Shown one piece after another: positions 57,082 through 64,000 of a stretch of 64,000 bases of DNA. The stretch spans positions 24,870-88,869 of the forward strand of contig CALMWK010000125.1 of NCBI GenBank assembly GCA_937873375.1. Reading direction: 5' to 3'. The stretch's first letter is position 1; every line of letters begins with the position of its first letter. A program made the translations under genes and the position numbers. The notes below the pieces were generated by a model. That model was not told the DNA's origin. It did not search any database and worked only from the letters and a program-made list of their open reading frames with translations. Source of the DNA: Candidatus Bathyarchaeota archaeon (GTDB lineage: Archaea > Thermoproteota > Bathyarchaeia > Bathyarchaeales > Bathycorpusculaceae).

Positions 57082-58435
57082 AAAAGACGCAATGTTGAGT
57101 CTGGCAGAGAAAACCGTCAAAGCTGCCCTGCAAAAGGGGGCTGCAGAAGCTGAAGTTTTCGTTTATGATGGCAAAGCCACAAGCGTTGGCATAGAGCGGG
57201 GGCAAATCACCAAAAGCGACAGGATAATCGACCGAGGTATCGGCGTTAGGGTTCAACTTAACAAAGCCATAGGGTTCGCTTACACAAACATTGTAGACAA
57301 CCAAACCGCCGTCGAAAACACAATTCTGAACGCTTTGGGCGCAGCACGAGCCAGCAAACCCGACCCAGACTGGAAAGGACTCCCAGAAAGACGACCGTAT
57401 CCTGCGGCGCTGGAGAAAACCTTTGACAAAAAAATTTTTGATTTACGCTCCGAAGACTTGGTTGATGTGGCTTCCCGTCTGCTAGATGCCTCCACAGAAG
57501 CCGACAAGCGTGTTTTTCCCATTGAAGGGGGCGCGGGTGCGGCATACGGGGCTAACGTCATAGTTAACTCAAACGGCATCTCAGCTTTTGACCAAGGAAC
57601 CGTGGTGGAATGCAGTTTAGCCGCCATAGCCAAAGAAGGCAACACTGTGACGCCCGTGTGTTTCGAATTCAGCGCCGAAAGAAACTACAAAATCAATCCT
57701 GAATGGGTCGGCAAAGAAGCGGCGCGCCTCGCGGTTTCCGCGTTGAAAACCAAGCGCATCGAAACCAAAACCTACAAACTCATCTTCACCCAGTTCGCGC
57801 TGCAGGAGTTGCTCTATTACACGTTAATTAACGCGGTTAAAGCCGACAACGTCCAGCGGAACCAGTCAGCCTTCAAAGACAAACTCGGCACCAAAGTCGG
57901 CTCAGACACACTTACCATATACGATGATGGTTTGCTTGTGGGCGGGTTGCGCACAGGAATCTTTGACGGAGAAGGTTCTCCGCGGCAAAAAACCACCGTT
58001 ATGGAAAAGGGTGTTCTGCGCAGTTTCCTCTATGACAACTACACCGCCAAGAAAGAGGGCAAAGAGAGCACGGGAAACGCTTCAAGGGCAGGGTACTTGT
58101 CAACGCCCAGTGTTGAAACCACAAACTTCCACATACTCCCAGGCGACAAGACACCCTACGAGATGCTCAGCGAAGTGGATGACGGCTTAATCGTTTACTA
58201 CCTGCAGGGCGCCCACAGCAGCAACCCTGTGAGTGGCGAGTTCTCGGTTGTGGCGACGCCAGCGTGGAGAATCAAAAAAGGCAAAATAGAACACGCCACC
58301 CGCGGCGTCATGCTCGCAGGCAACATCTTCGAGCTGCTCAAAAATGTCAGCGCCGCAGCCGATAACGAGAGGAAAATGGGGCAACTGGTTGCGCCGTGGC
58401 TTATGGTAGAAAACGTTCGCGTCATTGGAAAATAA
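57068..58435 (+). CDS. pmbA: PmbA/TldE-family protein (TldD partner)
   Basis: TldD/PmbA-fold paralog without HExxxH, directly downstream of tldD. An alternative ATG start is at 57092. Confidence 0.8.
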   Translation: MVALEKDAMLSLAEKTVKAALQKGAAEAEVFVYDGKATSVGIERGQITKSDRIIDRGIGVRVQLNKAIGFAYTNIVDNQTAVENTILNALGAARASKPDPDWKGLPERRPYPAALEKTFDKKIFDLRSEDLVDVASRLLDASTEADKRVFPIEGGAGAAYGANVIVNSNGISAFDQGTVVECSLAAIAKEGNTVTPVCFEFSAERNYKINPEWVGKEAARLAVSALKTKRIETKTYKLIFTQFALQELLYYTLINAVKADNVQRNQSAFKDKLGTKVGSDTLTIYDDGLLVGGLRTGIFDGEGSPRQKTTVMEKGVLRSFLYDNYTAKKEGKESTGNASRAGYLSTPSVETTNFHILPGDKTPYEMLSEVDDGLIVYYLQGAHSSNPVSGEFSVVATPAWRIKKGKIEHATRGVMLAGNIFELLKNVSAAADNERKMGQLVAPWLMVENVRVIGK

Positions 58436-58442
58436 GCGGGCG

Positions 58443-59651
58443 TTATGCCCAGAAGCTTTTGGAGTATTCGCCTATTACACCTTCGTAAGTTTGCCGTGTT
58501 TGCTGGGCGATTTTGTCCCAGTCATACTTCTCCAGAATCTTCTTGTAGGCGTTTTCTCTGATGCTGTTTCGGAAGTTGTTATCCAGCAAAATTTTGGTTA
58601 TGCCCCAAGCCAGAGAATCCGTGTTGTTGGAGTAAGCTTTCACGCCTGTTTTTTCGTGGTCTACAATTTCGGATAAGCCGCCAGTGTCTGAAACGACCAC
58701 TGGGCTTTTGGCTGCCATGGCTTCTAAGGCTACGATGCCGAAGGGCTCAAACAGAGAGGGCACAACGCACACGTCCGCGCACTTCTGCAGCTTCAGCAGA
58801 TTTCCCTCATCCACGAAGCCTTCAAAGAGGACTTTATGCTCTAGCCCCATGCTTTTGACTATATTGCTAAGCTGGTCTCTCATGTAGCCTGTGCCTACGA
58901 TGACAAATTTTGCGTTGACTTTCTCCAGCACTTTTGGTACAGCGTTGATGAGTATGTGAATACCTTTCTCGTAGACTAAGCGTCCCACGTAGAGGACGAT
59001 TTTTTCTTCAGGCAACGCAAACTTGCGTCTAAACGCTGCCAGATCTTGGTTTTCTAAGCCATCGTAGATACGGGGGTTGACGCCGTTGGGCACCATAACC
59101 AGCTTGTCGCTGGGTAACCCAAACGCCCATTTTACGTGTTGGACCATGTAGTCGCTGCAACATATGACTCGCCAAGCTTCGTAGGTTAGCCACGCTTCAG
59201 TTTCATGAATCATTTTTTCGGTGCTGGTGTGCAAACCGTCTCTACGTCCAATCTCGGTAGAATGCATGGTGACTAGGAGGGGTTTGCGGAAGACATGTTT
59301 TAAGCCTATGCCTGCGGTTGCGACCAGCCAGTCGTGTGCGTGGAACACGTCAATTGGTTCTGGAAGTTTAGCTACTATGGAGGCGGCTTCTTTTTGCATG
59401 TTGAGGTTCATGAGGTAAACCCAAGTGGCGAAGTCTGGCGAGGGGTTCTTGTAGGAGTCTATCCGGTAAACTTCTACGCCGTCGATGACCTCGTGGGCTG
59501 GGGCGCCTGGGAAGTCGCAGGTGACTATGTGGACTTTGACGCCGTTTTTAGCCAAACTCTTAGATAAGAAGTACATGTGAGGGGAGATGCCGCCTATGAC
59601 TCTGGGGGGGAACTCCCAGCTGAGCATCATAACGTTGAGAGGGCGATTCAT
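58443..59651 (-). CDS. GT4-family glycosyltransferase (glycogen-synthase-like)
   Basis: MMLSWEFPPRVIGGIS N-terminus and the C-terminal E-x7-E region PSLFEPFGIVALEAMA. The probable ATG at 59651 overlaps the upstream stop (ATGA). Confidence 0.8.
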   Translation of the reverse strand: MNRPLNVMMLSWEFPPRVIGGISPHMYFLSKSLAKNGVKVHIVTCDFPGAPAHEVIDGVEVYRIDSYKNPSPDFATWVYLMNLNMQKEAASIVAKLPEPIDVFHAHDWLVATAGIGLKHVFRKPLLVTMHSTEIGRRDGLHTSTEKMIHETEAWLTYEAWRVICCSDYMVQHVKWAFGLPSDKLVMVPNGVNPRIYDGLENQDLAAFRRKFALPEEKIVLYVGRLVYEKGIHILINAVPKVLEKVNAKFVIVGTGYMRDQLSNIVKSMGLEHKVLFEGFVDEGNLLKLQKCADVCVVPSLFEPFGIVALEAMAAKSPVVVSDTGGLSEIVDHEKTGVKAYSNNTDSLAWGITKILLDNNFRNSIRENAYKKILEKYDWDKIAQQTRQTYEGVIGEYSKSFWA

Positions 59652-60283
59652 GTGTTGTTTGAGCCTCCCTTGATGGCGGTTTTGTAGGTTGCTATGATAT
59701 TTTTTACCCAAGAGTTTGTGTCTGGAGTGATAACTTTGATTTTTTCTTTAGGCACCTGATATATTCGGTTTATTTCGGATTGCATCCACTCGGTTTTCGC
59801 AGTGACTGTTTGTGCCTCGTAGAAGCCCAGCCACTCTATGCCTCTAATTGCCATGTTGAAGGGCAGGTTGGCTTCTGGGGAGCGGTGGTCTTCGAGGCTA
59901 TCCACCGAGTAGACAAAAGGTATGCCTAACGCGTGTTTCAGCGTGACAGCGGCTGGGATGAAGTGCCAGTCGTACACATCTATGAGGTCAACGTGTTTTG
60001 TTTGGTAGAATATGTTTGCTGCGGCGCGTTCCACTTCTTGGTTAAGCGTTAAAACCCATGTTAAGAGGCTGATGTGGGTCTGCACGGGGTTTGCCACCCT
60101 GACAACTTTTACGCCGCTGGGTTCTTGGGTTGTGCCTGTCATGGATTCGTGGTAGGTGACAACGTGAGTTTCCACTTTGTCTTTTACGAGTTGCATGGCT
60201 AAGGTGCTCACGTACTCGGCGAGTTTACCCACTATCCTTGGAGGATATTCCCATGAGAAAATTATGACGCGCATTCCTGTCAC
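59648..60283 (-). CDS. half-size GT4 paralog (N-terminal Rossmann domain only)
   Basis: MRVIIFSWEYPPRIVGKLAEYV parallels the N-terminus of the downstream GT4. The protein ends after about 210 aa, before any nucleotide-sugar-binding C-domain. Confidence 0.7.
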   Translation of the reverse strand: MTGMRVIIFSWEYPPRIVGKLAEYVSTLAMQLVKDKVETHVVTYHESMTGTTQEPSGVKVVRVANPVQTHISLLTWVLTLNQEVERAAANIFYQTKHVDLIDVYDWHFIPAAVTLKHALGIPFVYSVDSLEDHRSPEANLPFNMAIRGIEWLGFYEAQTVTAKTEWMQSEINRIYQVPKEKIKVITPDTNSWVKNIIATYKTAIKGGSNNT

Positions 60284-60540
60284 TAAGTGAAGATTGAACA
60301 GACTTTAATTATGCCTTTTCCTGTGAGGTAGTAGCGTTTTTTGCCTTCGTTATCGTAGAAGTTTTCGGCGAAACCTTCAGACTTGTACTTGTCCAGTATG
60401 GTTTCAATTTCGCTTGAGTCTTTCTGCAAAATCCTCGCCACTTCTTCGCCTCTTCTTGCCAGGTCCGCGGCGGTGGCACACAGGTTGTGAAGGGTTTGCA
60501 GGACTTTGTCGGGAAACGGTAGCTCTTCTCTCAATGTCAT
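60283..60540 (-). CDS. small winged-helix DNA-binding protein
   Basis: 85 aa. LARRGEEVARILQKDSSEIETILDKYKSEGFA...YYLTGKG is wHTH-like. It lies in the GH57/GT4 cluster. Confidence 0.5.
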   Translation of the reverse strand: MTLREELPFPDKVLQTLHNLCATAADLARRGEEVARILQKDSSEIETILDKYKSEGFAENFYDNEGKKRYYLTGKGIIKVCSIFT

Positions 60541-60555
60541 TTGCCTCTTTTCTGT

Positions 60556-60567
60556 TAGTAAATACTC
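60556..60567 (-). promoter_or_regulatory. TATA-like 12-mer identical to the one at 31387-31398
   Basis: GAGTATTTACTA on the gene strand, 16-27 nt upstream of the ATG at 60540. Confidence 0.35.
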
Positions 60568-60605
60568 GGGGTTTTGTACTTATAAACTCATGCACAATAC
60601 TTTTT

Positions 60606-62153
60606 CTACAGCAGTTTGGTGGCTGCTTGCACTTGCTGGCTGGCTTCGGTGTATCTTTCCTGAGTTGCAGTAAGGAGTCTTTTTCTGAGGTCTTCTCCTT
60701 TCACTTTGGATGTTTTAATTGCCTCCAGCTGAGCTTTCAGGATTTCATCTTTCAAGGAGTGTTCTGCCCAGCTTGCAAAGTCGCCTCGCCGATTATGAAA
60801 CTCCAACGCTTTCACGTCCACATTCTCTAACGCTTTGGCGAAGCCTTTGAGGCTCCACGCCATCGTGCCAGTGTAGTTTTCGTCGCCTGCAGCGCTGCAG
60901 AAGAGGAAGGGTTCATTTGCCGTTAAGATTGCCAAGCGCACACGGGTCTCAAAGTCTATAAGGGCCGTTTCTGCTGCTACGAAGGCGTTTGCGGGGGTTT
61001 CGTAGGGGCTAAAGTATGAGTGGACTTCTCCCGGTCCTCCGCCTGCGCTGAACATGTAGTAGAGGTGGTCGCTGGTTTGGAAATACCGCCACAGCTTCAG
61101 CAATTCAGGGTCGTCTGCTTCGTGAATTAAAGGTTCTATTCTGCGCAGGTTCGTGTAGTACGCCCACTGCATGGCGTTGCCCAGCCAGCCGCTACTGTCT
61201 CGTTCAAGGTCTGCCCACGACACGGTTTTGCCTGTTTCAGGAACATCCACTTCTCCCGCTGGCTGGTATTTGTCTATAACTTCGGAGGGTGTTGCCATGT
61301 TGAGGTGGGGCCACTTGAGGATTTCTTCGGGTAGGTGCTGCAGGAAACCGTGGATGCCTGTTTCGGGCCACTGGTGTTCGCCGAAGGTTTCGTAGTCTGG
61401 GAAAATGCTTATGCAGTCCCCTTGGGTGTCGGCTAGCCAGTGAGCATACTTGCTTGCTGTGAGGGGCCACTCATTCCACCATCGGGCTGAGAAGCGGAAG
61501 CCAACGTCATCAGTTAACTTGTAATTTCGCAGGAGGAGGCGGATTTTTTTGCTGCCATGCGGCGTGTAGAGGTAGTTAGGGGATTTTTCGCCCAAGATTT
61601 TTTCGATGCCTTCAGTGAAGATGCCCTTGTATCCGAGGCTCTCGATGATTTTTGCGATGGCGTTGTTATAGAGCAACTCTGTGTTCTCAAAAACGGTTGG
61701 CGTGTAACCTAAGGTGGCTTTGATGATGTCGCGGTGCATCTTCACCTGTGCGATGAACTCGTCTTTTTCAGGGTACAAACTCGCAATCGAATGGTAGTAT
61801 GTTTGGTCTAGGAATTCTACGCAGCCCGATTTCGAAAGCTGCTTGAAGGTTTCCAGCAGGTCGGGGCTGTACATTTCGCATTGTTCCAAGTAGACGCCTG
61901 AGAGGCTGAAGGCGACTTTGACTTTGCGCTTCTCCTTTTTGTGTGCGTCAATCTGGTCAAGCAGAATCTGGTTGGATGGGAAGTAGCATTTTTTGGCGGC
62001 TCGCTGGAAAATCGCGCGGTCGGTTTCTCTGTCAAAATAGTAATTGAAAAGTTCCTCTTTTCGGGTGCGTTTGAAGACTTTGTTCTCCCAGAACAGGTTC
62101 TTGCGCAGCCTATGCGGTTGGTGAACTTCGAACACAAACACAATATCCGTCAA
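60606..62153 (-). CDS. glycoside hydrolase family 57 protein (alpha-amylase/branching-enzyme-like)
   Basis: N-terminal FVFEVHQPHRL, the FPDYETFGEH region with catalytic Glu, and WADLE. Confidence 0.8.
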   Translation of the reverse strand: MTDIVFVFEVHQPHRLRKNLFWENKVFKRTRKEELFNYYFDRETDRAIFQRAAKKCYFPSNQILLDQIDAHKKEKRKVKVAFSLSGVYLEQCEMYSPDLLETFKQLSKSGCVEFLDQTYYHSIASLYPEKDEFIAQVKMHRDIIKATLGYTPTVFENTELLYNNAIAKIIESLGYKGIFTEGIEKILGEKSPNYLYTPHGSKKIRLLLRNYKLTDDVGFRFSARWWNEWPLTASKYAHWLADTQGDCISIFPDYETFGEHQWPETGIHGFLQHLPEEILKWPHLNMATPSEVIDKYQPAGEVDVPETGKTVSWADLERDSSGWLGNAMQWAYYTNLRRIEPLIHEADDPELLKLWRYFQTSDHLYYMFSAGGGPGEVHSYFSPYETPANAFVAAETALIDFETRVRLAILTANEPFLFCSAAGDENYTGTMAWSLKGFAKALENVDVKALEFHNRRGDFASWAEHSLKDEILKAQLEAIKTSKVKGEDLRKRLLTATQERYTEASQQVQAATKLL

Positions 62154-62208
62154 CGGGGCGTGCCTCTACACATGCAATATCGTGGTAACGTTTATTTCTA
62201 GTTTGCCA

Positions 62209-62391
62209 TTATTGACGCTTCTCGGCGCCAAACCACTTAACAAACCATGCAAAACTGCCGCACTCATCCTTAGACGGACAAGACAAACATGGGAACTCTT
62301 TACCCGCAGCAGCTAACATCTGAATTATTTTGTCTTTAGTTGCCGTATCTAAAGCTAATTGGTTAACTTGTTTCTCAAATTCAGTAACCAT
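62209..62391 (-). CDS. hypothetical small Cys-containing protein
   Basis: 60 aa with CLSCPSKDEC. No family recognised. Confidence 0.35.
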   Translation of the reverse strand: MVTEFEKQVNQLALDTATKDKIIQMLAAAGKEFPCLSCPSKDECGSFAWFVKWFGAEKRQ

Positions 62392-62431
62392 TCACTTGAC
62401 CCTTCTGCTGAGCGTGTAGTGTTTTTGTTGC

Positions 62432-62878
62432 TTATAGTCCGGGTTGGGTGAACGGGTTTGTCATGCCGACCAGCAGTTTCCCGAAGGTGTCTATGTGTTT
62501 TTCTTCTTCGCTTAGAATTTCTTCAAGTAAGCGTCGGGTGGCAAAGTCGCCTTCTTCGCCTGCAAGTTGTATGCCGCGCTTGTAAATTTCAATGGCTGAT
62601 TCCTCGTCCTGTTCGTCTTGCTTGAGCATTTCAAGTAGGCTGCCGCCTACAAAAATCGGCTCAGGCTTCGTTACAGGCACCCCATCCAAGTAGTCCAGCC
62701 TTTCGGCGAGAGCTTCTGCATGCTTCATTTCGGCTATGGCAATTTTCTTGAAGATGCCACTCACTAAGGCTCCGTCGAGTCCAGTCACTTGGACATGCTG
62801 CCACATATACTGAACGCTAACTTGGAGTTCACGGGCTATGGCTTTATTCAAAAGCTCCAACAATTTCTCAGAAACCAT
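62432..62878 (-). CDS. ferritin-like (bacterioferritin family) protein
   Basis: Di-iron ligand pattern ARELQVSVQYMW...EMKHAEAL...EESAIE...EEEKHID. The ATG at 62878 is preferred over the TTG at 62893. Confidence 0.75.
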   Translation of the reverse strand: MVSEKLLELLNKAIARELQVSVQYMWQHVQVTGLDGALVSGIFKKIAIAEMKHAEALAERLDYLDGVPVTKPEPIFVGGSLLEMLKQDEQDEESAIEIYKRGIQLAGEEGDFATRRLLEEILSEEEKHIDTFGKLLVGMTNPFTQPGL

Positions 62879-62944
62879 AACAAACACCAACAACCTATAC
62901 AGAAAAATCTGGTGGACTCAATATTTAAACCGTCCCCCAACCGT

Positions 62945-63055
62945 CATATTTGGAGTCTATTAGTAATTGTATGCAGTTACCTATAGGGGGCAGGTTGAAA
63001 ATAGAAAAAAAGGGTAGGGGGAGGGGGTAGCAGAAACGTAGGGTACCCTACTAAG
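62945..63055 (-). repeat. intergenic repeat family, copy C (inverted relative to copy A)
   Basis: Its reverse complement aligns with 4449-4566 along its full length. It contains the perfect 14-nt palindrome gtagggtaccctac and the G-runs GGG/GGGGG/GGGGG/GGG at 63012-63043. Confidence 0.85.
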
Positions 63056-63263
63056 GGTCAGACAGCACAAAAATGCAAAACCAACCACACCAAACAACGC
63101 AAAACAAACAAAAAACACCCAAAACCCAAAGCAAACCACCATACAACACCCAAACAAACCATTAAAAACAAACACCAAACCCACACCACAACCTATTTAT
63201 TGCAAGATAAAAACACTTAGTGAAGCCTAATAAAAACTAGAAACTAAGGAGCGAAACGTTAGC

Positions 63264-63542
63264 ATGGCCGAAAACAATGCAGTGCTCATCGGACGCAAAC
63301 CAGTAATGAACTACGTGCTAGCCTGCATAACCCTCTTCCACGCCGGAGCAAAAGAGGTTAACGTTAAAGCACGTGGAAAAGCCATATGTCGCGCCATAGA
63401 CGTCGTCGAAGTTGTCAGACGCCGATTCTTACCCGACGTAAAAGTCACGAAAATCGGCATCGGAACCGACAAATTTACACCTCAAGACGAAACCGACGGT
63501 CAGACTAACGTAAGCACCATAGAAATAACAATAGCACGTTAA
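63264..63542 (+). CDS. albA: DNA/RNA-binding protein Alba (second paralog)
   Basis: [19 protein letters not shown]...[21 protein letters not shown]. Confidence 0.9.
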   Translation: MAENNAVLIGRKPVMNYVLACITLFHAGAKEVNVKARGKAICRAIDVVEVVRRRFLPDVKVTKIGIGTDKFTPQDETDGQTNVSTIEITIAR

Positions 63543-63608
63543 CTCAAAATTTCAAGCTGGAGCGTAGCTCCGACGCTCCTCCGTTGAATTTACGGGAGGG
63601 CGTATTCC

Positions 63609-64000
63609 ATGAAAACTGAACTATGTAGTTTCTGTCTAAAAAGTGGCATGCTATGCCAAAAATGTGCAGCCAAAGTTAAAACTGGCGAAATCAGCGACCT
63701 AGACCTAAGAATCGCCCGTCAACTTCTTCTTCTAGAAGAAAAATACCCGTCCCTGCAAAACGTCTGCTTCTACAAAGCCGTCGACGCCAACAGAACCCTA
63801 GCATTAATCGTTGGACACGGTGACGTGCCCAGATTGCTAGGCTACGGTGGCAAAATCATCAAAGCCCTGAGCGAAGAAACAGGCAAATCCATCCGTATCT
63901 TAGAAAACGGTGTCGACGACCGCAAATTCCTCGAAGACCTGTTCATGCCGCTAAGCATACTCACCATCAACACCATCTGGCTACCCGACGGCACAACCGA
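63609..64000 (+). CDS. KH-domain RNA-binding protein with N-terminal zinc ribbon (NusA-like); 3' end beyond the window
   Basis: My translation from the ATG at 63609 reads MKTELCSFCLKSGMLCQKCAAKV...LLGYGGKIIKALSEETGKSIRILE (GxxG KH motif). Open to the window edge. Confidence 0.5.
   Translation, partial: MKTELCSFCLKSGMLCQKCAAKVKTGEISDLDLRIARQLLLLEEKYPSLQNVCFYKAVDANRTLALIVGHGDVPRLLGYGGKIIKALSEETGKSIRILENGVDDRKFLEDLFMPLSILTINTIWLPDGTT

Noticed and set aside
62981-63184. 67-aa minus-strand ORF (MGLVFVFNGLFGCCMVVCFGFWVFF...)
   Set aside because: It is a translation of the complement of the C/A-only tract and of repeat copy C, so it is a compositional artefact.
1-64000. tRNA, rRNA, CRISPR arrays, C/D-box sRNAs, inteins and transposases
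   Set aside because: Scanning the intergenic gaps showed no T-arm-like GTTCRAATC sequence, no regularly spaced direct repeats, and no C-box/D-box pairs in non-coding DNA. MCM, thermosome and primase lengths leave no room for inteins. A covariance-model scan is still needed to be certain about small RNAs.

Overview
This is a gene-dense archaeal chromosomal segment with about 75 protein-coding genes. I found no rRNA, tRNA or CRISPR array by eye. Archaeal identity is clear from the gene content. The window holds a thermosome, MCM, both GINS types, PriS and PriL, PCNA, a histone and two Alba paralogs. It also holds RpoK, TFS, Nop10, an archaeosortase, and ribosomal proteins eS17, eS25, eS26, eS27 and eL44. 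The combination of eS25/eS26, Gins23 plus Gins51, and histone plus Alba suggests a TACK-type lineage such as Bathyarchaeia or Thaumarchaeota; this is inference only. Housekeeping content includes replication (gins23-mcm, priS-gins51, priL-pcna) and glycogen metabolism (alpha-glucan phosphorylase, GH57, GT4 pair). It also includes pyrC, gdhA, trpB2, ribK, myo-inositol-1-phosphate synthase, ADP-forming acetyl-CoA synthetase alpha, glycerate kinase, hypA with an Mrp-type hypB, and tldD/pmbA. I did not find a clear multi-gene novel system such as a defence island. The observations most worth follow-up are these. (1) The conserved L44e-S27e-aIF2alpha-Nop10 cluster is broken: only 42 codons of an aIF2alpha-like N-terminus remain, followed by one in-frame TAG and a Nop10 with no canonical start codon. 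(2) A roughly 115-nt intergenic repeat family has three copies, at about 4.45, 52.0 and 63.0 kb. Each copy has conserved C/G-run (G-quadruplex-capable) and CTAATAG..CCAAATA modules. (3) A family of secreted proteins is built from an uncharacterised domain of about 105 aa, with a recent in-gene tandem duplication. (4) The sense strand is extremely A+C rich across the gins23-mcm region and in C/A-only intergenic tracts, and this bias relaxes abruptly inside mcm. (5) An AT-rich islet encodes an HNH nuclease with atypical codon usage. (6) A lipoyl-carrier GcvH is translationally coupled to a Nox/CoADR-type flavoprotein. (7) A half-size GT4 paralog is translationally coupled to a full-length GT4. 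All product calls come from reading motifs in the supplied translations; no database search was run.
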